NCBI GenBank assembly: GCA_947501605.1 | Contig: CANMWZ010000003.1 | Span: 32,001 to 96,000 of the forward strand | Length of the DNA: 64,000 nt | Direction: 5' to 3' | From: Planctomycetota bacterium | Lineage (GTDB): Bacteria; Planctomycetota; UBA1135; UBA2386 | Shown: piece after piece, positions 11,727 through 20,832 of the stretch | Numbering within the stretch: position 1 is the stretch's first letter | Layout of the letters: every line of letters starts with the position of its first letter | Translations under genes and position numbers: made by a program | The notes under the pieces: generated by a model | What the model saw: only the letters and a program-made list of their open reading frames with translations | Databases searched by the model: none | What the model was told of the DNA's origin: nothing

Positions 11727-13130
11727 ATGCGACGGCCCATCGATGACGACAGCCTGCCCGCCAAAGTCGACTGCTTGATCGTCGGTGGCGGCCCCGCCGG
11801 TGCAGCCCTCGCCGGGTTGCTGGCACGCAGCGGCCACATGGTCTTGGTCGTGGACGACGGCGCGCTGCGAACAGGCTCTCCGCTCGAGACGTTGATGGCT
11901 TCCGCCTTGCAGTCGCTGGATCGCTGCGGCCTCGGGGAGATCGTTCGCGCGACCGCCGAAGTCGACCGCCGACGGCACGGCGCGCGGTGGGACGCCGACG
12001 AGGTTGCTTGGCGCGACGAGGGCCGCTCCGGCCTGTGCCTTCGCCGCGGAGTGTTTGATGACGGACTTCGCGACTGGGCCGTGAAGTGTGGAGCGCGCGT
12101 GCTTCGACCGGCAACGGCAGTGGAGCTACCAGATGGTGGTCAGGGCTCCGCCCGAATCCGAGTTGCAGGTCGCGACCTTTTCATCGAGGCGAACACGATC
12201 GCCATTGCGACCGGACGCCGGAGTGTCGCCGTGCTTGCCAGCGCAGAGATCGTTGAGCAGGGACCGCCGACCGCGGCGTTCGCGTTCCAGATCGAGGCCG
12301 AAAGCGAGACCGGAGCAGTGGCCATGGTGACGGCCGCGCCCGACGGCTGGTGCTGGTGGATCGGGGACGAGCGGGGTGGTGCGCGGCTGGTGGCGACTGT
12401 GGACGCAGACACGTTGGGCGAACCACTGCGCGCGGTCGTCGACCGCGTCCTCGAGTATGCCGGCAGTGCGTTCGGTGGCCGACGCGCAGCCGTACTCGAA
12501 ACTGCCGTGCGGGCAACCTCTCGCCGCGCCACGACGCCGCGTGGCTATTGGCTGGTAGGTGACGCGGCGGCGACACTCGATCCGTTGGCAAGTCAGGGGA
12601 CAGAGAAGGCCTTGGTCGGAGCCGAATCCGCAGCACTGGGGATTCGCACGGCTCTGGCGAACCCAGCGCTGCGAGGGCTCGCGATCGCCCAGCATCGCCG
12701 CTGGGAGCACGAGCTGTATCAGGCCCACGCGCGCACGACGGCGGCGTTCTATTCTCGCGTAGGTCGCTTCGCGGAGCGCCCGTTCTGGGCACGCAGGTCA
12801 CAGCTACCGCCGTCGCCGAACTTCGGTGCGCTACCGCATCGCCTCGTTCGCGCACCGGATCTGCTCGAAGGCCCGATGCTGGTCCGCCACACCGAGGAAC
12901 TGGTCTTGACGCCTGGGTTCGCGCGCTTGGCGGCGGAGCCGATCGCTCGCATCGGCCGCGTCACGGTGGCGCCGCTGCTGGCCGCATTTGCGCGTCCGCG
13001 CTCGGTCGCAGACGGGCTTGCCATCGCCGGACAAGACCCCAGGCTGTTCGTGATGGGCAGCGCCGTCGTGCGCGCCGCTGTCGTCGAACTCTGGCGAGCA
13101 GGCTTGCTCATCGCACCACAGATCGACTGA
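11727..13130 (+). CDS. qhpG: FAD-dependent monooxygenase (halogenase-like), QhpG-like CTQ biosynthesis enzyme
   Basis: IVGGGPAG FAD motif, RGVFDDGLR, GWCWWI, VGDAAATLDPLASQG; small C-terminal wHTH-like extension (AVVELWRAGLL); adjacent to qhp genes. Confidence 0.75.
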   Translation: MRRPIDDDSLPAKVDCLIVGGGPAGAALAGLLARSGHMVLVVDDGALRTGSPLETLMASALQSLDRCGLGEIVRATAEVDRRRHGARWDADEVAWRDEGRSGLCLRRGVFDDGLRDWAVKCGARVLRPATAVELPDGGQGSARIRVAGRDLFIEANTIAIATGRRSVAVLASAEIVEQGPPTAAFAFQIEAESETGAVAMVTAAPDGWCWWIGDERGGARLVATVDADTLGEPLRAVVDRVLEYAGSAFGGRRAAVLETAVRATSRRATTPRGYWLVGDAAATLDPLASQGTEKALVGAESAALGIRTALANPALRGLAIAQHRRWEHELYQAHARTTAAFYSRVGRFAERPFWARRSQLPPSPNFGALPHRLVRAPDLLEGPMLVRHTEELVLTPGFARLAAEPIARIGRVTVAPLLAAFARPRSVADGLAIAGQDPRLFVMGSAVVRAAVVELWRAGLLIAPQID

Positions 13131-13140
13131 CCGCACTACC

Positions 13141-13809
13141 CTACGGCCGCAGAGATAGTGCGTTCGCCAGCATCCCGGACGTACGCGCAACCGCGAGGCT
13201 GCTGCCGTGAACGTGGGAGGGTGGCAAGCCCGGGACACCAGCCGGCGGGAAAGGCGACGCGAACCAGAACGAACCGGCGCCGACGCTCTGGAGCCGCGGC
13301 TGGGCCGCAGGCACGTTGCCATCGGCAACGACGAGTTCGAGTCCACCAATGGCTGCAAGGGCGTTGGCTCGGCCGCACGGAAGAGCTGCCGGAACGACGA
13401 TGCGCACGCCGCGATCAAGGAGGAACTTGGCGGCGTCCTTGAGCAGGGATTGCGCTTGCCGTGAGGCCCCGAAGTCGTCGTCGAAGCCAAGGCTGCAGTT
13501 GACGACGGCAACATCGGTCATCGCAATCTGACGCAACGCCGCCACCAAGGCCCGAACCGAGCTTCGACCGGCGGCATCGAACACGCGCAGGGGCACGACA
13601 ACCGCTCTCGGGCAGACACTCCACAGCGTCGTCGCAACCGCAGTTCCGTGTCCCAGTGGATCGCGAGGAATCGGCTCAGCGAAGGCGCCGCCGTCGGCGT
13701 CGATGTGCCAACCCGATTGGAGCGCGTAGCCGCGGCATCCGGGATGGCCAGGATCGATGCCGCTGTCGACCAGGGCGATGCGCACCGGACGCGGGGCGAT
13801 CTCAGACAT
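13141..13809 (-). CDS. qhpE: Small subtilisin-like S8 protease, QhpE-like leader peptidase
   Basis: IALVDSGID (Asp), GHGTAVA (His), VVNCSLG, HGSSLA (Ser); no signal peptide; last gene of the qhp operon. Confidence 0.82.
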   Translation of the reverse strand: MSEIAPRPVRIALVDSGIDPGHPGCRGYALQSGWHIDADGGAFAEPIPRDPLGHGTAVATTLWSVCPRAVVVPLRVFDAAGRSSVRALVAALRQIAMTDVAVVNCSLGFDDDFGASRQAQSLLKDAAKFLLDRGVRIVVPAALPCGRANALAAIGGLELVVADGNVPAAQPRLQSVGAGSFWFASPFPPAGVPGLPPSHVHGSSLAVARTSGMLANALSLRP

Positions 13810-14944
13810 CCAACATGTAGACCTGCCCCTGGATCTCGCCGTCGAACTCGACCACGCGCAGGAGCTGGAAGGTGACGGCATCGAACACCTGGAAGTCACT
13901 GCCGGCGCCGCCGACGTAGACCTTGCTACCGTCCGGCGCGATCGCTGCCAGCGACTGCCGTGGACGGAACTCGGTCTGGAACTCACGCAGCTTCTTGCCA
14001 TTCTCGAGGTCGTACAACTGGATGGTCGTCTTGCGGTCACTGCCGCCACCCCAGCCACCATTGCTCGACACAGTCAGTTTCGCATCCCGCGAAAGATAGG
14101 AACCGAACCCACTTGGTCCCTGACCCCACTCGACCATATCGGTGATCTTCTTCTGCTGGAGGTCGATATCCACGTAGCCCCAACTCGAGCGGCTGTGCTG
14201 CACCGGGTCGCTGTACGAGCACAACATGCGGTACTTGTTCGGGTCTCTGCCAAACAGCAGATCCGTGCGGCGCAGTGAGATACGGCCCTGGCCGGCGAAC
14301 TGTGGGGTGGCGAGATCGATCTTGCCCGTCTCCTTCAACGTCTTGGGGTCGACGATCTGCAGATTGCCGTCGCGGTCGAACACGTGCCATGAGAGGCCGT
14401 CGGGAGAGATCCGCGCACCGCGAGAGAGGATCTGCGGCATGCGCCGCATCTTGCGCACGATCTTTCGTTCGCCGACGTCGTAGAGCAACGTCTGCGCTGG
14501 CTGAAACTCATAGCGATCCACCAACTTCTTCACTCGATCGGTCTCGACGTACCATTGGGTCCCGCCGGGCAGTTCCGAAATGCTGCGCACGCGCACGATG
14601 ACGCCTTCTTCACTGAAGTCGTGGACCGACGCCACCGCGCCCTGCTTGCAGTCGACGATCTCAACCTTGCGCTGCGTGTCCGTGATCACGGCGAAGTGCT
14701 GACGGTCGAACAACAGGGTCACGCCCCAGGACATGCCATTCTGGAGTTGGATCTTCTTCACCACCGTGTCGGTGACTGGATCGAACTCGACCATGAAATC
14801 GGGATACGCCGCGAACCAGAAGTGCGCGGCGGGTACCGCAGGCGCGGCAGCGACGGGGTCCTGCGGTGGCGCCGAAGTGCACGCACATGCAGCGACCGAA
14901 GCCAGGCCAGCCAGCAAGAACGCGGCGATCGTAGAACGCGTCAC
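13802..14944 (-). CDS. qhpB: Quinohemoprotein amine dehydrogenase beta subunit (beta-propeller), with lipoprotein-like signal
   Basis: GTG overlaps the qhpC stop. YVTN-like propeller blades (APDGSKVYVGGAGSDFQVFDAVT); position between qhpC and qhpE. Confidence 0.8.
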   Translation of the reverse strand: MTRSTIAAFLLAGLASVAACACTSAPPQDPVAAAPAVPAAHFWFAAYPDFMVEFDPVTDTVVKKIQLQNGMSWGVTLLFDRQHFAVITDTQRKVEIVDCKQGAVASVHDFSEEGVIVRVRSISELPGGTQWYVETDRVKKLVDRYEFQPAQTLLYDVGERKIVRKMRRMPQILSRGARISPDGLSWHVFDRDGNLQIVDPKTLKETGKIDLATPQFAGQGRISLRRTDLLFGRDPNKYRMLCSYSDPVQHSRSSWGYVDIDLQQKKITDMVEWGQGPSGFGSYLSRDAKLTVSSNGGWGGGSDRKTTIQLYDLENGKKLREFQTEFRPRQSLAAIAPDGSKVYVGGAGSDFQVFDAVTFQLLRVVEFDGEIQGQVYMLDV

Positions 14945-15273
14945 GGGAACACCAAATCGATGGACTTCCAGTCTTGCACGGGCGCGCCACACGAGGCGGT
15001 CCACTTCGGGAAGTTGGTGACGCCGTCTGGCACTTGCGCTGGCCAATAGCAGGTGTGGTAGCAATCGTACAGGTCGCGCTCGATCGGCTGGCAGAGGCCG
15101 TGGACGCCGCCGCTGCTGTCGACTTCCCAGCCCGGAGCGAACACCGTCGTGCAACCATACGGATACTCCGTGGGCGGCGGATCCTGAGTCAACGGCATCA
15201 GGGCACCGCGCTGTTCGACGACGAGAGCCGCGATACGGCGCGCCTTTTGGTTGAGGGGGCGAACGTGTGTCAT
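14941..15273 (-). CDS. qhpC: QHNDH gamma subunit precursor (CTQ cofactor peptide)
   Basis: Leader HVRPLNQKA plus core GCTTVFAPGWEVD...LCQPIERDLYDCYHTCYWPAQVPD...QDW...VFP, matching the QhpC pattern. Confidence 0.95.
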   Translation of the reverse strand: MTHVRPLNQKARRIAALVVEQRGALMPLTQDPPPTEYPYGCTTVFAPGWEVDSSGGVHGLCQPIERDLYDCYHTCYWPAQVPDGVTNFPKWTASCGAPVQDWKSIDLVFP

Positions 15274-16691
15274 TGCGATTCGTACCTCGCGAAGAACTTG
15301 GGATCGTGCGCCATGATGCGCGCGTAAGCCTTCAGACCTTGGTCAACGTGACCGCGGATCCAGTCGCAAGCATGCAGGTTCGCTTTGCGTGCGTCCCCGT
15401 GGCGCACGTGCGCCTCGTGGTAGCAGCCACCGGCGCACAGCGGCCGGGCAAAACAAGTCTTGCAGTCGGTCTTGCGATCAATGTGGGCCTGTTCGAGAAA
15501 CGCCGTGCGGATCGACTCATCGACGCCCTTCTGCACCGTGCCGACAGCGTGGCTCTTGGATTCGACGAAGCGATGACAGAGAGCCAGTTCGCCCTCGGTC
15601 GAGACCCCGAGCAAACCAAGGCCCGCGCCACACGGATGCGCTTTCTGGATGCCCTGGTGGAGTTCGCGCAGCAGATCGTTGAGGTTGGCAAAGCCGTGCG
15701 CGCGACCCGCAATCGCGGCGGTCACGAAGTCCTCGGTGAGCGTCGCAAACTCGGACAACATGCGATCGTAGGCTCCTGGAGACAGCTCGTAGCCCCGTCC
15801 CGGCGCCGCCGTCACCGGCGCGAATCCGACTTCTTCGAAGCCCAGGTCATCGGTGAGATACCGATAGGTGTCGAGCACCGAGCCGGCGTCGTGGGTCAGC
15901 GTCACGCGCGCCCCGATCGGACGTCCGCGTTCTCGTCGATTGGTTGCGATCAAGGTGCGGATGCGTGGCTCGATGTCGGCGAACGAGCCCTTGCCGCTCT
16001 TGTAGCGACGGTGGCGGTCTTGTTCCTTCTCGTCGCCATCGATCGAGATCGTGATGCCAAAGCGGTGGGCGACCAGGAACTTGATGACCTCATCCGTGAG
16101 CAGGGTCGCGTTGGTCGTCAGCGAGAAGTGAATTCGCTTCTGGTGCCGCAGTGCCTCGGCTTCGGCATAGTCGACCGCTGCAATGATCGTCTGGAAGTTC
16201 AGCAGCGTCTCGCCGCCGAAGAACGTGATCGTCAGAACCGAGCGTTCGCCGCTGCTGCGGATCAAGAAGTCGATCGACTGCTTGGCCGTCTCCGGCAACA
16301 TCATCGCGCGCCCAGCCGGCGCATTGGCGGCGGTCAGCTTGTCGGCCCCGTACTCGTAACAATACGTGCAAGACAAGTTGCACTTGTTGGTGACGTTGAG
16401 CACCAGCGTCGCCAGCGGGAACGGCATCGGGGGCAGCGCCGCGCGCGGCGGCGAAGTCTCGCCATCTGGCCGCACGATGCCGAGGTCGATCAGGTCGCGC
16501 AGCGCCGCCTCGGCCTCGGGTTCCCCGAGTTCACGGAGAACCGTCACCGGATCCGCCGGCTCCAAGAAGGCGGCTGCAAGCCGATCCGCCAACGCATCGA
16601 CAGCGTGGATCGCCGCCGAATCCGTGAGGTAGAGATACGCGTTGCCACGGTCGTCGGTAACGCGATGGTGGAGGCCAGTGCGAAGCTTCAT
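15270..16691 (-). CDS. qhpD: Radical SAM/SPASM thioether-forming maturase QhpD (PeaB)
   Basis: N-terminal RRE-like region; CNLSCTYC; FFGGETLLN; SPASM CGAG...CHRF...CKTCFARPLCAGGCYHE; ATGA coupling with the qhpA stop. Confidence 0.95.
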   Translation of the reverse strand: MKLRTGLHHRVTDDRGNAYLYLTDSAAIHAVDALADRLAAAFLEPADPVTVLRELGEPEAEAALRDLIDLGIVRPDGETSPPRAALPPMPFPLATLVLNVTNKCNLSCTYCYEYGADKLTAANAPAGRAMMLPETAKQSIDFLIRSSGERSVLTITFFGGETLLNFQTIIAAVDYAEAEALRHQKRIHFSLTTNATLLTDEVIKFLVAHRFGITISIDGDEKEQDRHRRYKSGKGSFADIEPRIRTLIATNRRERGRPIGARVTLTHDAGSVLDTYRYLTDDLGFEEVGFAPVTAAPGRGYELSPGAYDRMLSEFATLTEDFVTAAIAGRAHGFANLNDLLRELHQGIQKAHPCGAGLGLLGVSTEGELALCHRFVESKSHAVGTVQKGVDESIRTAFLEQAHIDRKTDCKTCFARPLCAGGCYHEAHVRHGDARKANLHACDWIRGHVDQGLKAYARIMAHDPKFFARYESQ

Positions 16692-19027
16692 CGTTCTTCC
16701 CATTCGAGTCGGGTCCAGCGGATGTACTGCGGCACAGTGACAATCAGGCTCGCGCGGGCGCGGAAGCTCTTGCGCTCCATGAGTGGCGTCCCGCCGGTCG
16801 GCTTCAGCTCGTCGCCATCGCGCGGCGCCGGCATCGGCACTGGAATGCCCGCAGGCTCAGGCTTCGCCGCTACGGACGCTGGTTTCGGATTCGGCTCCTG
16901 CGCGCCGTCGCCGCCTGATTGTCCCGACGGCTGGGGGTCAGCACTCTCGGCCGGCTTCTCTGGGACATCCGGCTTCGGGGCTGCCGTGGACTTCGGCGGT
17001 GGTTCAGGACGCACCGGCACATCCAGTGCGACGGTGCACTCGACATAGACTTCGCCGATGTTGTTGGCGGACCATTTGCGCTGCACGTTCGGGCCGTCGA
17101 TCGCAGGCGTGAACTCGCCCGTCGCGCCATCGAGCGTGCCGACATAGCTGAGGTCGTCGTCATCATCGCGGACGATCGCTTCGCGCAGTGAGAACGTCGC
17201 CGGCACCATCCACAAATCGACATCGTCGGCAGTGAAGGGCTTCTCGTCCGGTCCGCGTGTGACGGTCACCGCTTCGAAGCGCTCGAGTTGCTTGGGGAAG
17301 CGGGCGCCACCAATGCGCGCAAGTCCCTGGGTCGGACGAATGCGCACGTAGTCGACGGCGTCATAGAGGCGGATTCGCGCGCGCGTTGGCTCGATGCCGA
17401 AGGCGACATCGCGCAAACCGACCGGGGTGCCAGGCGCGACATCGAGCCACAGTCGGCAGTCCGTAGGACTCGTACGTTCACAGCGCGTGACGGTGACTCC
17501 GAGACCGAGATGAAAGTCCGCAGCACGGAGCGTTTCCGGGAACGCGTCGCCGCGCACCGAGAGCACGTGGTCCTTGGCCGGCACGGTGACAAACGGTGCC
17601 GAGATCGCGAGGACACGCGGCACGCCGCGATGACGCACCATCGAGATGTCGACGCCGATCTCGTCGTAATCACCGGTGAAGAAGCGCCCGCGCATCGAGT
17701 CCCAGCGCTCGTCCAGCAGCAGCACCTCACGCCATGTGCGACCGCCTTCGCCGGGATCCGTCGCCCGACCGCGCCAGCTGTAGCCGCCGTAGAGCAAGCC
17801 CCGTCCGCGGCGGTCGATCTTGGCGCCACCCTGGACCTCGAGTTGCCAGTGCACTTCGTAATCGCCGTCCTCGACGCGAACGATGGTGGCGGTTCCGATC
17901 AGATCGCCGCGGCCGATCTCGTGACCCGTGACGGTCCAGTTCCCGGCGAGCGGCACCTCGCGACGGTTGATCGCCCACTCATTCCAGTCGTCGCTGAACA
18001 GCGCCTGCTTGTCGCCGAGTGCGGCGAGCACCCGATCGCCGCGATTGCCTTGGCGCGGACCTTGACCGCCGTCGCCAGAACCGCCAGCCGGCCCAGAACC
18101 GCCCGCCGGCGCGGCCGCGCCGCCGGTTGCACCGCGTCGGCCGCCGCGCGCCGCTGGGGCGGCGCCGCCACCTTGGCCACCGAATCGCTCCTCATCGTCC
18201 GGTGGACCGCCGCCGATCGAACCACGCGCGAGCGGGAACATGGCGACGTGCGTGTTGCGCAGCTGTTGCCATTCCTCGGCGTCCCGGGCCTGGCCGAGCA
18301 CGCGACCCAAGGTGTGGCAGCCCGAGCAAGCTTCGCGGAAGTCGGCGTCCTGGTGCTCCTCGGACCAGTGCACCCGCCGTTCACTTTCGTAGAGGCTGCG
18401 CTCGGCCTCCGCTCGGGTGAGGCCGTGGCGATCGGCGAGATAGCGCACGACCGCTTTGGCATCGGCGGGGGACATCTGCAGCCCGTGCAAGCGAATCATC
18501 CGCTTCAACGACTCGGACCAACCCTCGGGCGACTTGCGCATGTAGCTGATGCGCGTCATTAGGCCATTGGGGTCGCGCTGGTGACAACGAGCGCAGTGCG
18601 TCTCGACCAGGAGATCGGTCACTGGGATGCCGCGGCGCTGAGGCTTTGGCTCTTCGACCGCACCTTCGTCCTCGTTGTCCGCATTCTGCCCATTGCCCTG
18701 GCCACCTTCGGCGCCGCCGCGACGACCGCGACGTGGCGCGTCACCCTCGGGTCGCTCGACGATTGCGCCAGCCGCAGGCGGTTGTGTCGGAGCGGTGCCC
18801 GGCTCTTGGCCGCTCGCGGGTGTTGTCGTGCTGGCTCGGGCCGATGGAGTCTCCGGCGCGGGCTGCGGCACTACCGCGGGAATCGGTGGGTGGCCGGCTG
18901 GGAGCGGCTGCTGGGCCGGCTCCTGCGCCGTGAGCGCGCCGGACCACGTGAAAACGAGAAGGCAGCCAGCCAGGACGGATTTCATGCGCAGGGGGAACCG
19001 CGGTGAGAGCTCGTCGCGCATTGGCAT
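16688..19027 (-). CDS. qhpA: QHNDH alpha subunit (diheme c); alternative start ATG 18985
   Basis: Signal peptide; CARCH and CSGCH heme motifs; RISYMRKSPEGW...RMIRLHG; LYGGYSWRG; GEFTPAIDGPN; LIVTVPQY. Confidence 0.95.
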   Translation of the reverse strand: MPMRDELSPRFPLRMKSVLAGCLLVFTWSGALTAQEPAQQPLPAGHPPIPAVVPQPAPETPSARASTTTPASGQEPGTAPTQPPAAGAIVERPEGDAPRRGRRGGAEGGQGNGQNADNEDEGAVEEPKPQRRGIPVTDLLVETHCARCHQRDPNGLMTRISYMRKSPEGWSESLKRMIRLHGLQMSPADAKAVVRYLADRHGLTRAEAERSLYESERRVHWSEEHQDADFREACSGCHTLGRVLGQARDAEEWQQLRNTHVAMFPLARGSIGGGPPDDEERFGGQGGGAAPAARGGRRGATGGAAAPAGGSGPAGGSGDGGQGPRQGNRGDRVLAALGDKQALFSDDWNEWAINRREVPLAGNWTVTGHEIGRGDLIGTATIVRVEDGDYEVHWQLEVQGGAKIDRRGRGLLYGGYSWRGRATDPGEGGRTWREVLLLDERWDSMRGRFFTGDYDEIGVDISMVRHRGVPRVLAISAPFVTVPAKDHVLSVRGDAFPETLRAADFHLGLGVTVTRCERTSPTDCRLWLDVAPGTPVGLRDVAFGIEPTRARIRLYDAVDYVRIRPTQGLARIGGARFPKQLERFEAVTVTRGPDEKPFTADDVDLWMVPATFSLREAIVRDDDDDLSYVGTLDGATGEFTPAIDGPNVQRKWSANNIGEVYVECTVALDVPVRPEPPPKSTAAPKPDVPEKPAESADPQPSGQSGGDGAQEPNPKPASVAAKPEPAGIPVPMPAPRDGDELKPTGGTPLMERKSFRARASLIVTVPQYIRWTRLEWEER

Positions 19028-19122
19028 GGGACGCGACCCTTAGACCATAGCCATGAACTCCCCCGGAGGGACAGCACCGGGGCAGCAAACATCGGGGCCC
19101 TCGTCGCCAGTGCGATCTGCCG

Positions 19123-20832
19123 CTACGACGCCCGAACCTGACCGCCCTCTAGGTGCACGATGCGATCCACGGCCACCGAGTCCGGTGGGCGATGGTCGAT
19201 CCACAACACGGTGCAAGGCCGCGGCAGCACCGAAAGGTAGCGCGCGAGGACGCGCTGCGCCGCCGCATCCAAGAACGCGAATGGCTCGTCGAGCACCAAG
19301 AGATCTGCCGGGCGCAACAACGTGCGCACAAGCAACAGTCGCCGCCACTGCCCGGCACTGAGTTCGTGGCTGCCGGCGAAGCTGCGGCCAAGCGGCGTGC
19401 CGAAGTCGTCGGGCAAGCCCGTCAACAGTTGGTCGAGACCCGCGGCCGCTGCACGCGCGCGGAGCGAAGCGTCCTCTTTGGCCTCGGCGCCAAACTCCAG
19501 GTTGTCGCGCACCGTGAGTTCGAACCCAACCGTGTCCTGGAAGAACACCGCAACGCGGCCGCGTAACTCCGCGGCGGCAACCGTGCGCAGATCGACGCCA
19601 TTGAGCAGCACTTCGCCCGCAGTCGGCAAGGCCAACCGACACAGCAACCGTACCAGGGTCGACTTGCCAGCGCCGTTGCCGCCAAGCAACGCGATGCGCT
19701 CGCCCGCCGCAATCTCGAGATCGACGCCGCGCAGCGCCGGCGAGGAACTCCCTGGGTAGCTGTAGCACACACCACGCAGGGCGATGGCCAGCGACCCCGC
19801 GGGCACTCGCGATGCGATCGCTGCGGTCACGGCCGCGGGCAAAGCCAGCGTTGGCTTGGTGGAAAGGAACCGGAACAGATGCTGCACGAAGCGCTGGTCG
19901 TCGCGCAGCGCAGCGTGGGCGAGCAAGCTGTCGCGCATGCCGTTCTGCGTTCGTTGAACGGCCTGCGCCTGCAGCAGCAATCCACCCAGCGTCAACTCCG
20001 AACGCAATGCCGCGAACGCGAGGAACGCATAGGCAGCAAACATGGCCAGCGTCGACAACGCTTGCGCCGCAGTCTCGGCGCGCGTGCGTCGGCGCATGAG
20101 ATCCAACTGCTCCTCGGTGAGGCGCGCGCGTTGTCGGTCGACGCGGATGGCCAGTGGTTCGGCGAGGTCGAGCAGGCGCACGTCCTTGGCCCAAGGCCGG
20201 CCGACGAGAATGCCGGCAAGGTAGCCGAGCCGACGCTGGGCTCCGGTGTTGGCTTCCTGCCACGAGAACTGCAGCCGGCTGTGGCGATGGCGCACGAGAA
20301 CCTGCGGCACGGCGGCGAGCGCGACCACCAGTGGCAGCCAGACGGCAGCCGTCGCGGTCGCGAGGACCATCGAAACCAACATCGCCGAAGCGACCACGAA
20401 GGCGGCAAGATCTTGGACGACCCTCGTTGGTCGGGTCAGAGCGTCGCCGGCGGCCCGGTGCAGCAGGTCGCGCACTTCTGGGGATTCGACCTGCTCCAGG
20501 TCGAGCGCGGCAGCGTGCCGTTGGACCAAGCTGGCGCAGCGATCGCCGCACAGGCGCGCGTGCCGTTCCCCGATCGCCGTGGCCACGGCGCCAATCACGG
20601 CACCAAACAGGGCGATGACGGACGCGGCACCGACCGCAAACCAGATCTCGGCTGCGACATCGGGCACCCCGCTGACGCCGCGTTGGACGGCATCGAGCAA
20701 GCGCTGCATCGCTAGCAACCCGAGCAGGGGCAGCGCACCTTGGCCGAGGCGCAGGGCGAGGTTCTGCCACAGCAGCGAACGACCCGCGAGTGCCGCAAGA
20801 CGCAGGGCCGATCGCAACGGGACGGCGGCCAT
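19123..20832 (-). CDS. ABC exporter, fused TM and ATPase domains (probable QhpF-like peptide exporter)
   Basis: N-terminal TM domain, Walker A GGNGAGKST, signature LSAGQ, Walker B LLVLDEP; upstream of and co-oriented with qhpA. Confidence 0.88.
   Translation of the reverse strand: MAAVPLRSALRLAALAGRSLLWQNLALRLGQGALPLLGLLAMQRLLDAVQRGVSGVPDVAAEIWFAVGAASVIALFGAVIGAVATAIGERHARLCGDRCASLVQRHAAALDLEQVESPEVRDLLHRAAGDALTRPTRVVQDLAAFVVASAMLVSMVLATATAAVWLPLVVALAAVPQVLVRHRHSRLQFSWQEANTGAQRRLGYLAGILVGRPWAKDVRLLDLAEPLAIRVDRQRARLTEEQLDLMRRRTRAETAAQALSTLAMFAAYAFLAFAALRSELTLGGLLLQAQAVQRTQNGMRDSLLAHAALRDDQRFVQHLFRFLSTKPTLALPAAVTAAIASRVPAGSLAIALRGVCYSYPGSSSPALRGVDLEIAAGERIALLGGNGAGKSTLVRLLCRLALPTAGEVLLNGVDLRTVAAAELRGRVAVFFQDTVGFELTVRDNLEFGAEAKEDASLRARAAAAGLDQLLTGLPDDFGTPLGRSFAGSHELSAGQWRRLLLVRTLLRPADLLVLDEPFAFLDAAAQRVLARYLSVLPRPCTVLWIDHRPPDSVAVDRIVHLEGGQVRAS

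Noticed and set aside
11727..13130. Tryptophan halogenase call for the FAD enzyme
   Set aside because: The fold is shared, but the qhp context and C-terminal wHTH-like extension favour a QhpG monooxygenase.
13141..15154. Extended ORF-track starts for qhpE (14061) and qhpB (15154)
   Set aside because: The extensions overlap upstream genes. Coupled starts at 13809 and 14944 give proper N-termini.
14941..16691. Novel antimicrobial sactipeptide/ranthipeptide cluster
   Set aside because: The peptide is clearly a QhpC homolog flanked by alpha and beta subunits, so the product is an enzyme subunit rather than a secreted RiPP antibiotic.
15267..18562. Long plus-strand ORFs (593 aa and 424 aa)
   Set aside because: Antisense shadows of qhpD and qhpA; typical of high-GC DNA and without motifs.
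19040..20770. 576-aa Arg-rich ORF overlapping the ABC transporter
   Set aside because: Alternative-frame artefact with low-complexity R/A/G composition.
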